A stretch of 64,000 nucleotides of DNA from Myxococcales bacterium. Its GTDB lineage: Bacteria > Myxococcota > UBA727 > JABDBI01. The translations under genes were made by a program, and so were the position numbers. Location: NCBI GenBank assembly GCA_023248545.1, contig JAHFEF010000004.1:22043-86042 (forward strand), in the 5' to 3' direction. The notes beneath the pieces are model-generated. The model made no database searches, had not been told where the DNA came from, and was given only the letters and a program-made list of their open reading frames with translations. Every line of letters starts with the position of its first letter. The stretch's first letter is position 1. This document shows positions 28,017 through 36,339 of this stretch, in pieces.

Positions 28017-28715
28017 ATGTATCGTGCCTTTGTTCAGCCAGGTTTTTTGGATGCAGCTCAAAATGGCCAAGAGCTTATCTTAGACTCAGAGACAGCCAAG
28101 CGCTTCACGCGTGTCCTGCGCCTAGAGCCCGGCACTGAAGTGGAGCTCTTGGATGGCACAGGACGTATCGTCACGGGTGTGTTAGACCAAAAAATCTTAA
28201 AAAATATCCAGATTTTGCACATCAAACCCAAAGGGCCTGTTATCAAGCTATATCAAGCATTGGTCTCTATGGATAAGCTGGAACAAATCACGCAGCACTC
28301 TACTGAACTAGGCGTCGCAGAGATTATTCTATTTAAGTCTGAGCGCAGCCAAATAGATTTTAAAGACAAAATGGCGAGTAAGCTAGAGCGCCTCACGCGC
28401 ATCGCTCAAGATGCCAGTCGTCAATGCGGCAGGGCCGATGTGCCGGTGATAACAGGAGTGAAATCCCTCCTAGCCTCCCTTTTTCAAAGGGAGGAACAAA
28501 TCCTGATATGCACACCAGGTGCCTCTTCCCCCTTTGAAAAAGGGGGATTCAGGGGGATTTCTGTTTTAATCGGCCCCGAAGGCGGCTTTTCGCCGACTGA
28601 AATCCAAGCTTTCAAATCTCAAGGCGCCCAAGAAATTTCACTCGCCCCGTATGTGCTGCGTACTGAAACTGCCAGCTTGGCGGCACTGGCCCAAATCCAA
28701 GGAGCGTTCCTATGA
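28017..28715 (+). CDS. rsmE: 16S rRNA (uracil1498-N3)-methyltransferase
   Basis: MYRAFVQPG start (ATG 28017), LYQALVSMDKLEQITQHSTELGV, C-terminal LIGPEGGFSPTEI...LRTETA. Carries two inverted copies of the hairpin element. Confidence 0.8.
   Translation: MYRAFVQPGFLDAAQNGQELILDSETAKRFTRVLRLEPGTEVELLDGTGRIVTGVLDQKILKNIQILHIKPKGPVIKLYQALVSMDKLEQITQHSTELGVAEIILFKSERSQIDFKDKMASKLERLTRIAQDASRQCGRADVPVITGVKSLLASLFQREEQILICTPGASSPFEKGGFRGISVLIGPEGGFSPTEIQAFKSQGAQEISLAPYVLRTETASLAALAQIQGAFL
28459..28496. repeat. G/C-tract hairpin element, copy B (inside rsmE, same orientation as copy A)
   Basis: tgaaatccctcctagcctccctttttcaaagggaggaa. Both stem arms carry matching changes (CCTCCCTTT/AAAGGGAGG). Translated as KSLLASLFQREE. 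Confidence 0.75.
28525..28563. repeat. G/C-tract hairpin element, copy C (inside rsmE, inverted relative to copy B)
   Basis: cttccccctttgaaaaagggggattcagggggatttctg. Translated as SSPFEKGGFRGIS. Confidence 0.8.
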
Positions 28716-30481
28716 GTCCACTGAAACGCCTGTTAGCCTATGCCGACTTTGAACGCGCAAAAATAATCAAAGCGACTATTTTTTCGGTACTTAACAAATT
28801 TTTCGATATTTTACCTGAAGTTTTAATCGGTATCGCCGTCGATACGGTAATTAAGCGTCAAGACTCGTTGATGGCCCGATTCGGCATTGTCAACTTAGAG
28901 CACCAGCTGACTGCATTGGGTTTGCTCACGGCTTTGATTTGGGGCCTCGAGTCGCTGTTTGATTATCTTAATCAAGTGGGTTGGAGAGATTTGGCTCAAA
29001 GCCTGCAGCATCGATTGCGCCAAGATACTTTTGCGCACGTCGAAAAGCTGCCCATGAGCTATTTTGAAGACAAGAACACTGGCTCACTATTATCGGTCTT
29101 AAACGACGATATTAACCAACTGGAACGCTTTTTAAACCAAGGTGCGGATTCGATTATTCAGACGGTCATTGGGACTATTTTTGTCGGTGCTATTTTTATG
29201 TTTCTCGCGCCCCAAGTGGCGATTCTAGCGCTGCTCCCAATTCCGGTGATCATGGCCGCGGCGTATTATTTCCAAAATAAACTTGGGGTTGAATACGCAA
29301 AAGTCCGCGAAAAAGCCGGCTTAATTTCAGCTCACTTAAATAACACCCTATCGGGTATGGCGGTCGTGAAAAGCTACACGGCCGAAGAATATGAACTGGC
29401 TCGGCTCAAAGACAGCAGCCGTGCCTATCAAGAATCCAATCAGGCGGCGATTCGTTTGAGCTCGGCGTATATCCCAATGATTCGAATGGCGATTGTGATG
29501 GGCTTTATCGCCACGCTGATTTTAGGCGGTCATATGGCGTTGACGGGCCAATTAGCGGTCGGCGCGTACAGCGTGTTGGTATTTTTAACACAGCGCCTGC
29601 TATGGCCGTTTACGCGCCTAGCAGAAACCACTGATTTATACGAACGTGCGATGGCTTCTGCGAAGCGCGCACTTGATTTGCTGGCTCTACCCACCCCTCA
29701 CTCTGCCGAGCATTTAGACGGCCATTTAAAAGCCCATGCAGGCAACTTGTCTTTTAAACATGTCTCTCTGGTTTATCCGAATGGCTTTGTGGCGTTGCAA
29801 GATCTCAACTTAGAGATTCCAGCCGGCCAAACGATTGCATTGGTAGGCGCTACGGGCGCTGGCAAAAGCAGCATCACCAAGTTATTGCTCAGATTTTATG
29901 AGCCCAGCTCAGGCACCATCCAGTTTGGCGACCAAGTATTGACTGATATTTCGCTCAAAAATTTACGCCAATCGATTGGGCTGGTCAGCCAGGATGTCTT
30001 TTTATTCCATGGAACAGTTCGAGAAAATATTGCCTATGGGTCACTGGATGCTTCGCTTGAACAAATTATCCGGGCTTCTCAAATGGCTGAGGCCCATGAG
30101 TTTATTCTCGCATTGCCCCAGGGCTATGAAACGCTCATTGGCGAACGTGGTCAAAAGCTTTCAGGGGGGCAGCGTCAGAGAATTTCTATCGCACGTGCCA
30201 TCTTAAAAAATCCACCCGTGTTTATTTTTGACGAAGCAACTTCGGCGGTTGATAACGAAACCGAGAGTGCGATCCAAAAATCAATTAACTTGATTGCCAA
30301 AGACCGAACAACGATTTTGATTGCACACAGATTATCCACCATACGCCATGCGCACCGGATTTTGGTCTTGGATGACGGCCGGGTCGTACAATCGGGCACG
30401 CACGATGAGCTGGTTGCCCAAGCGGGTATTTACCAAAAATTATGGTGCATTCAAACAGGTAGCCAGTTACCCAATTTGTAA
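28712..30481 (+). CDS. ABC exporter, fused permease/ATPase (MsbA/MdlB-like)
   Basis: 589 aa. Six-TM N-terminal half, Walker A GATGAGKSS, signature LSGGQRQR, Walker B IFIFDEATSAVD. Confidence 0.85.
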   Translation: MSPLKRLLAYADFERAKIIKATIFSVLNKFFDILPEVLIGIAVDTVIKRQDSLMARFGIVNLEHQLTALGLLTALIWGLESLFDYLNQVGWRDLAQSLQHRLRQDTFAHVEKLPMSYFEDKNTGSLLSVLNDDINQLERFLNQGADSIIQTVIGTIFVGAIFMFLAPQVAILALLPIPVIMAAAYYFQNKLGVEYAKVREKAGLISAHLNNTLSGMAVVKSYTAEEYELARLKDSSRAYQESNQAAIRLSSAYIPMIRMAIVMGFIATLILGGHMALTGQLAVGAYSVLVFLTQRLLWPFTRLAETTDLYERAMASAKRALDLLALPTPHSAEHLDGHLKAHAGNLSFKHVSLVYPNGFVALQDLNLEIPAGQTIALVGATGAGKSSITKLLLRFYEPSSGTIQFGDQVLTDISLKNLRQSIGLVSQDVFLFHGTVRENIAYGSLDASLEQIIRASQMAEAHEFILALPQGYETLIGERGQKLSGGQRQRISIARAILKNPPVFIFDEATSAVDNETESAIQKSINLIAKDRTTILIAHRLSTIRHAHRILVLDDGRVVQSGTHDELVAQAGIYQKLWCIQTGSQLPNL

Positions 30482-30493
30482 TTCAGGTCCTTT

Positions 30494-30842
30494 TAGGCCA
30501 ACGCTGCGAATATGTTGCACCAAATCAATGAAACCCATCGTCCAGTGTTTATTACGCAAAATGGAGAACCGCGTGCGGTTTTGCAGGATCCAGAATCCTA
30601 TGAAAAGATGAAAGCCAGTCTTGCAATGATGAAAATCGTTGGAATAGGAGAAATGGAAATCCGCCGTGGCAAGTCTGTAGAACAGGATGAAATGTTCAAA
30701 CGTCTTATCGCAAAGCTCGAACATCGACGCGCCTCCCTGGCGAGTGATTTTCAAAATTACCAGTCAGACAGTATATGTCCTGGCAGTCTTTGACAGTCGT
30801 AGAAATCTGGAAGATATTTTGTTTGACCGTTTCAACCACTAA
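30494..30842 (+). pseudogene. decayed type II toxin-antitoxin module (Phd/YefM-type antitoxin lacking its N-terminus, plus C-terminal fragment of a RelE/ParE-type toxin)
   Basis: ORF 30512..30793 reads (ANAAN)MLHQINETHRPVFITQNGEPRAVLQDPESYEKM. It has an in-frame TAG at 30494 and no room for the first roughly 10 residues. A second frame (30687..30842) ends WRVIFKITSQTVYVLAVFDSRRNLEDILFDRFNH, a RelE/ParE C-terminal half only (51 codons). Confidence 0.5.
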
Positions 30843-30869
30843 TTTTACCCAATTTGATAATCTTGTTGG

Positions 30870-31172
30870 GTGAGCATTTTTTCAAAAAAGAAGCCCCCTC
30901 CAGACGACTCGTTCCAGAAAACACACGCTCCGGCATTTGTTGGCCGCAAACCCAGCGATAAAGCCCTGTTGGATGCCATCAGCCCTTATCAGAATGAGCT
31001 CTTGCTGCGCGGTAAAATCGGCATGGAGCCTGGGGTTGTCAAAAAAGACTCTGTCAAACCAGACACTAAGGATGATAAATCTGATACAATGAATCAAGAG
31101 CCAGAAACAGAATATGCACAAATTATGAAGATAAATATCAATCAAAAATTTAATGAAGAATCTATGGAGTAG
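30870..31172 (+). CDS. hypothetical protein (GTG start, Lys/Asp/Pro-rich)
   Basis: 100-aa ORF with no signal peptide and no recognisable domain. Immediately followed by the next ORF with a GGAG 6 nt upstream. Confidence 0.4.
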   Translation: MSIFSKKKPPPDDSFQKTHAPAFVGRKPSDKALLDAISPYQNELLLRGKIGMEPGVVKKDSVKPDTKDDKSDTMNQEPETEYAQIMKININQKFNEESME

Positions 31173-31175
31173 ATT

Positions 31176-32165
31176 ATGCATAAAAATACTGGAATTAGGA
31201 CTTCTGAATATCATCAACCAGTCACCTTAGATTCGGATGCTTTGCGTCCACCACTCCTGAGTATCCCTACAGGTCAAAACATCGACGACGCCTCCGAAAC
31301 AGACAAGAAAACCGGCATAGAAGTTCAGAATGAGCTTCGCGATATCCTCCGTGATGCTTTCACAAACTATAAAGACAGCGTCGATCCTAAGATTGGTAAA
31401 CAATCGATAAGTCCTCCAGGAGCAGAGCTTTTAGTGCGTAAAAACGTCAAAATCGACCCTGAAACTAGAACTATCTCATTCAGAGGACATCAGTTCGGCC
31501 TTCCAGCAGTGTTGCAAATCAACAAAGAAACCAAAACAATCGGGTACACACCAAGGATCTTCGGGGCATCCCGTGCGGTCGTTGCCAATGCTGCCAAAGA
31601 CTTGGCTGCCCCTAAAAAAACCACTGTCGGGACACCCTACGCACCTGTTTTGCACCCAGAAGCCAAACCCATGACACCCGCGCAACAGGCAGCAGCAGCC
31701 AGAGCAGCTCAGACCGCCCAAGCAGCTGAAGCGGCTTCTCAGGCGGCGCAGCAAAGAGAGCAAGCAAACAATATTATCAACAATAGCAAGAAACTTGGTT
31801 CTTCAACAGCCTCGCGTGGGTCGCCCAACAAAAACATCGATAATGTCAAACAACCTGACACAGAACTCAAGAATCCAGACAGCATGGCCAACAAGATTAT
31901 TACCGAGCAAAAATCGATGAAGCAAAACATCAATGACGCTCGAATTGTAGGAGATACAATAATCAACAAACGTCAAGAAAGCACCATCGCAGTCCAACAC
32001 TCAGCAGACCAAAATGTCGGCAATGTCGTAGCAGCCACCAATGCTTCCCGTGATGCCAACAGCAAAAATCAGCAAGACAGAGGGCAAAACGCTTTCCAAC
32101 AGGCTGAAACCGAGGCTGGAAGACGAGTTGTAGAACCCGGCAAGCCCGGGAAGCTCGGGAACTAA
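31176..32165 (+). CDS. hypothetical low-complexity (Gln/Ala/Asn-rich) protein, effector-like
   Basis: 329 aa. No signal peptide. AQQAAAARAAQTAQAAEAASQAAQQREQ tract. Likely largely disordered. Confidence 0.5.
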   Translation: MHKNTGIRTSEYHQPVTLDSDALRPPLLSIPTGQNIDDASETDKKTGIEVQNELRDILRDAFTNYKDSVDPKIGKQSISPPGAELLVRKNVKIDPETRTISFRGHQFGLPAVLQINKETKTIGYTPRIFGASRAVVANAAKDLAAPKKTTVGTPYAPVLHPEAKPMTPAQQAAAARAAQTAQAAEAASQAAQQREQANNIINNSKKLGSSTASRGSPNKNIDNVKQPDTELKNPDSMANKIITEQKSMKQNINDARIVGDTIINKRQESTIAVQHSADQNVGNVVAATNASRDANSKNQQDRGQNAFQQAETEAGRRVVEPGKPGKLGN

Positions 32166-32173
32166 GGAGTAAA

Positions 32174-32575
32174 TCAGGCCTGCGCGTGCACCAGAATTTT
32201 TGGACCCGCCGGAAACAACACTTCGATCTTGTTGCCGCCCCTGTCCGCCGTCACGATTCCAAGACCAAAGCTGGCGTGCCTCAGCAAAGCACCCAGTAAA
32301 AATTTGGCTTGGAAACTATAATCAACAGCTTCAGTATCGTTGTGAGTCTCCAGCAATGCCGCATAGCTGGTGGCCTTAGGCGCCGCTGCAAACCGAGCCG
32401 TCTTGACAGCTTTTGTCCCAGGTGGGTGCGCTTTGTACTGGTGCTTGCCACTGCAAGTATTACAGCAGACACGCTTCACGTCTGATCCAGCCAATGCTTC
32501 AATCGTGTGAGCCAATACCAGCTTGCACTTTGTGCACCAACCATCGATGTTACCACCCACTTTGAAATCGGCCAT
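32174..32575 (-). CDS. hypothetical zinc-ribbon protein
   Basis: 133 aa. CTKC...CCNTC four-Cys ribbon at the N-terminus. C-terminal small beta-rich module (FGLGIVTADRGGNKIEVLFPAGPKILV). Confidence 0.5.
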   Translation of the reverse strand: MADFKVGGNIDGWCTKCKLVLAHTIEALAGSDVKRVCCNTCSGKHQYKAHPPGTKAVKTARFAAAPKATSYAALLETHNDTEAVDYSFQAKFLLGALLRHASFGLGIVTADRGGNKIEVLFPAGPKILVHAQA

Positions 32576-32577
32576 CT

Positions 32578-34494
32578 TTATGCTCCTTGTTCAAGCCACT
32601 CTTTGAAAGCTTCAAAACGATAGGGACGTCCCAAAAAGTCTTGAACGAGTTCATCAGCATCCTTAGACCCACCTGCTTCTAAAATCAACTCCCTGTAGCG
32701 CTTAGCCTGTTTTTTATCCATCAAGCCATTTTGTTTGAAGGCACTCAAAAAGTCTTTGGCGATGACTTTTGACCACATGTAGGTGTAATACATGGCCGAG
32801 TAATCCTGCAAATGCCCAAAGCTCAAGTGCATGTGCGTGTTGTCAACATAGGGGAAATCGCTGTATTTGGCCTGCATCGTCTTCAGCAGATCTAACGGCT
32901 CAAAACTCGCCGGGTCTCTCAGATAATACTGCAAACTCAACGAGGCCAGCATCATTTGGCGTCTCGAATCAATGCCTTTGCCAAACTCGTCTGCTGCACG
33001 CATTTTAGCCACTAAGTCGCTGGGGATTTTAGAAAAGCCCTGCAAAACTTTAGGGTCCCAAGCCCATTCTTCAAAGAACTGCGACGGCGCTTCCACGAAG
33101 TCCCATTCTGTCGACACCCCAGAAAAGTGAATATATTTTTGATGACCACCCAAAATATGGTGCATCAAGTGACCAAATTCATGAAAGAACGTGACAACTT
33201 GATCGTGATCCATCAAATCGTTTGAAAAATTACAAACCAAGGCACCTTCTGGCAGCTGCTTGTCTGCCATCCCGTTTCGAACGGTGAATTGTGCCGCGTG
33301 TTTAAACTTGTTCTCTCTGGGATGCAAATCGAGATAAATCCTGCCAATCAGCTTTTTGTCGCGCATTACATTGAAAGCTTCTACCGATGCATGCCAGGCC
33401 TTGGGATCCGAAATACGCTTAAAAGAAAGCCCAAAGAGCTTGCCGGTCAAGTCTAACAAGCCATCCCGAACCTTCGGGAAGTTAAAATACGCACGAACGG
33501 CTTGTGAATCCACATGATAGCGGTCTTTTTTAATCTTTTCTTCTAAGTAGGCCTTTTCATAAGGGTAAACTTGGGTGGCCTTCGGGTCTGCTTTTTGCTT
33601 TTCAACCAACAATTCAGCGTATTCACGCTTAGCGCCCTTTTCAGCGATCTTAGAAATCGTCTCAATAAAATCAGCAGCCCGTTTTGTGTTTTTTACCATT
33701 TTGTCTTCGACCACATAGTCGGCAAAACTGGGGTAACCCAAGAGCAAAGCCAGATCATGGCGCTTCTGGATGAGCTCTTTCAGGACTTGTTCGTTTTTGG
33801 GGTAGCCGCGCTGATTAAATTGTATCCAGAGGGCCTGACGCGCCTTGGCATCATCGGCATAGGTCATAAACGGGATAAAGTCCGGATAATCGGTCGTAAT
33901 TTTGACTTTGCCATTGGAGCCTACCGGGTGGTCTTTGACATAGTCAGCTGGCATGCCTGCAAGACCTGTTTGGGGATCAACTTCTACAAACCGTTGATCA
34001 TCTCGGATATTGCGGCTGAAATTTTGGCCAATGATCACCAGCTCTTCCTCAAGGGCTTTGATTTTGGCTCGAGTTGCCTCGTCTTTGTCTATTCCTGAGC
34101 GTTTATAATCTTGGAGCGTTTTACCCAACAAGCGCTTGGCGTGTTTAGAAAGACCCTTGGGATTGATTCCCGCAAAAACATCATAGAGCTTCTTGTTCAG
34201 TGAGAGCCCAGTAGTGAATTGGCTGGCTTCCTGTTCACATTTTTCAGCCTCTTCGCGGACTTTCAGATCCGGGTGAACCTGAGACAAGAGGCCGGGAAGA
34301 GAAACCAGCGCATCGACGTGTACTTGCAGTTGGTTATAGAGTTCTAAAGGCTGTTTTTCGCCCTTCAGGATCCTGTCCAACAGCCCTTGGGCGGCTTTCA
34401 ACTCCGTATGGCAATTTTCAAGAACGTGATCAAACATGGCTTTTTCTCCGGCCGTTAGCGAGAGACAGGTAGCAAAGAAAAACAAAAAACGCAT
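32578..34494 (-). CDS. secreted M3-family zinc metallopeptidase (thimet oligopeptidase/Dcp-like)
   Basis: Signal peptide MRFLFFFATCLSLTA (ATG 34494). HEFGHLMHH zinc motif with a downstream E. About 640 aa. Confidence 0.85.
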   Translation of the reverse strand: MRFLFFFATCLSLTAGEKAMFDHVLENCHTELKAAQGLLDRILKGEKQPLELYNQLQVHVDALVSLPGLLSQVHPDLKVREEAEKCEQEASQFTTGLSLNKKLYDVFAGINPKGLSKHAKRLLGKTLQDYKRSGIDKDEATRAKIKALEEELVIIGQNFSRNIRDDQRFVEVDPQTGLAGMPADYVKDHPVGSNGKVKITTDYPDFIPFMTYADDAKARQALWIQFNQRGYPKNEQVLKELIQKRHDLALLLGYPSFADYVVEDKMVKNTKRAADFIETISKIAEKGAKREYAELLVEKQKADPKATQVYPYEKAYLEEKIKKDRYHVDSQAVRAYFNFPKVRDGLLDLTGKLFGLSFKRISDPKAWHASVEAFNVMRDKKLIGRIYLDLHPRENKFKHAAQFTVRNGMADKQLPEGALVCNFSNDLMDHDQVVTFFHEFGHLMHHILGGHQKYIHFSGVSTEWDFVEAPSQFFEEWAWDPKVLQGFSKIPSDLVAKMRAADEFGKGIDSRRQMMLASLSLQYYLRDPASFEPLDLLKTMQAKYSDFPYVDNTHMHLSFGHLQDYSAMYYTYMWSKVIAKDFLSAFKQNGLMDKKQAKRYRELILEAGGSKDADELVQDFLGRPYRFEAFKEWLEQGA

Positions 34495-34542
34495 GTGCAA
34501 CTCCCTAGGCAAACTAGCTTTTTTGTGTCAGATTTGGAGCCT

Positions 34543-35031
34543 ATGATCAAGTTTAATGTAGGGGATAAGGTGGTCTACCCCGCGCATGGGGTCGCTGAGG
34601 TGGTCAGCATCGAGGTCAGAGACATGGGGGGCAGCCAGCAAACCTTCTATGTTTTGAGCATCTTAGAAAACTCAATGCGTGTGATGGTGCCGACGGCCAA
34701 CGTTGATCAAGTTGGCATGCGCGAGATTGTGTCCAGTGAAGAGGCAGACAAAGTATTCGAAGTCTTGAAAAAGCGCGAGAAAACGGTCGAATCAACCACT
34801 TGGAACCGCCGACATCGCGAATATCTTGAAAAAATCAAGTCTGGATCCGTGTTTGAAGTCGCCAAAGTGTTAAGAGATCTCTATGTGTTGAAGGGTGACA
34901 AAGAATTGAGCTTTGGAGAGCGAAAAATGCTCGATACAGCTCGCTCTTTGCTGGTCAGAGAGCTAAGCTTGTCCAAAGGGATCTCGCATGAAGAAGTGGA
35001 AACAAAGTTTAGGACGATTTTTCGCTGTTAG
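34543..35031 (+). CDS. CarD/CdnL family RNA polymerase-binding transcription factor
   Basis: MIKFNVGDKVVYPAHGVAEVVSIE...QQTFYVL...WNRRHREY. GGAG 4 nt upstream of ATG 34543. Confidence 0.85.
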   Translation: MIKFNVGDKVVYPAHGVAEVVSIEVRDMGGSQQTFYVLSILENSMRVMVPTANVDQVGMREIVSSEEADKVFEVLKKREKTVESTTWNRRHREYLEKIKSGSVFEVAKVLRDLYVLKGDKELSFGERKMLDTARSLLVRELSLSKGISHEEVETKFRTIFRC

Positions 35032-35479
35032 CTTGTTGGCCGTTGGCCTGGTTTGGATCTTTGCGGATCGGGTCCCCAGTTTGGTTTATTTTTTCTCCGG
35101 AAAGCCCACCCAAATCACAGGTATCCTAGGAAATAGAGCAGGGACCGTGTCTGGCTTCTTGCCTGGTACTTTCTGGTTTGGGCCCATTCAAGTCCGAAAT
35201 GTCCTGGGCCAGCCGTATTTTGTTGCCAGTAACAAAGAATATCAGGCATTTACGCAAGTGACGCTAACAGGCCGCTTGGTGGATTTTGGGCCAGGCAGTG
35301 GGTTTCAAGCGATTCGCAATTTCTTCCAGAAACGCCTGGGCATGATTATCCCAGAACACGCCCAGCTGTTGATTGTTGGGGAAGAACCCTGGCAGCAGTG
35401 GCGCTACCCTATCCTATTTGCTCTGGCGCTTTTGCTGCTTCTAGTTGTTCTGGCCTGGAATCTTTCAAAGCGGTCTTAA
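34988..35479 (+). CDS. hypothetical membrane protein
   Basis: 163 aa with N- and C-terminal TM segments. The 3' end overlaps convergent tatA by about 70 nt. Confidence 0.45.
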   Translation: MKKWKQSLGRFFAVSLLAVGLVWIFADRVPSLVYFFSGKPTQITGILGNRAGTVSGFLPGTFWFGPIQVRNVLGQPYFVASNKEYQAFTQVTLTGRLVDFGPGSGFQAIRNFFQKRLGMIIPEHAQLLIVGEEPWQQWRYPILFALALLLLLVVLAWNLSKRS

Positions 35480-35594
35480 AGTTCTTGATTGCGCTGCCCA
35501 GGCCCGTAGCTATCCCCGGTAGACGTTTTCCTCCAAATAAGAGAAGAACAATGGCAAATACCAACATGAGCTCCCAAGGACCGATTCCAAACAT
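35409..35594 (-). CDS. tatA: twin-arginine translocase subunit TatA/E
   Basis: MFGIGPWELMLVFAIVLLLFGGKRLPGIATGLGSAIKNFK (ATG 35594), the canonical TatA N-terminus. Confidence 0.9.
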   Translation of the reverse strand: MFGIGPWELMLVFAIVLLLFGGKRLPGIATGLGSAIKNFKTALKDSRPEQLEAAKAPEQIG

Positions 35595-36339
35595 ACTGAC
35601 TCCCTTAGATTTCGACAGCGAAATTCTGCTGGCGCACGCATTCCACTGTGACCGCTTGCGCCTACGCATGGCTTTGGCAGATTATCGAAATTTTGTAAAG
35701 CGTCGGCAATCTGGCGAACCGGTAGCTTATATTACAGGTACCAAAGAATTTTTTGGCCATGAATTTGAAGTGAACCCTCATGTTTTAATCCCGAGACCTG
35801 ACACGGAAAAATTAGTTGAAGTGGCTTTAGAAAAGCTTCCCAAAGACCAAGAACTCTGGGTCATCGATGCCTGCACGGGGTCTGGCTGCATCGCTGTGAG
35901 CTTGGCCCTAGAACGCCCCCGTATTAAGATTATAGCAACCGAGTTAAGCCAAGAAGCCGCTGCAGTAGCTCGGCGCAATATTAAAAAACATGGCGTGGAA
36001 GACCGAGTCGAAGTTCTGGTGGGGCATCTTCTTAACCCAATTCCCCCCCTTGGATTCAATCTTCTCGTTTCAAACCCGCCCTATGTCAAACCTGCCGATA
36101 TGCCTCACTTGATGCCCAATGTTCGCAATTTTGAGCCTCACTTGGCCTTGCAGGGCCTTGGCAAAAATGGCCTGGGGCATCACGAAGAAATCCTGGAGAA
36201 AGCGCCCAGTTTGCTCAAAAAAGGCGCTTTTGTTTTGCTTGAAATAGGATACGATCAAGGCTGTTTTTTTAAAGACCGCGCTCGAATTATTCAAGACGAT
36301 GCCGGCAATGATCGCGTCGTGGAGGTTTGCTGTGGATAA
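35567..36339 (+). CDS. prmC: release-factor glutamine N5-methyltransferase (PrmC/HemK); 5' end unresolved
   Basis: GEPVAYITGTKEFFGHEFEVNPHVLIPRPDTE, DACTGSGCI, LVSNPPYV. All in-frame ATGs (35552, 35567) lie antisense to the tatA 5' end. Confidence 0.8.

Noticed and set aside
33571-34098. A 175-aa + strand ORF.
   Set aside because: It is antisense to the M3 peptidase gene (HEFGH motif on the minus strand).
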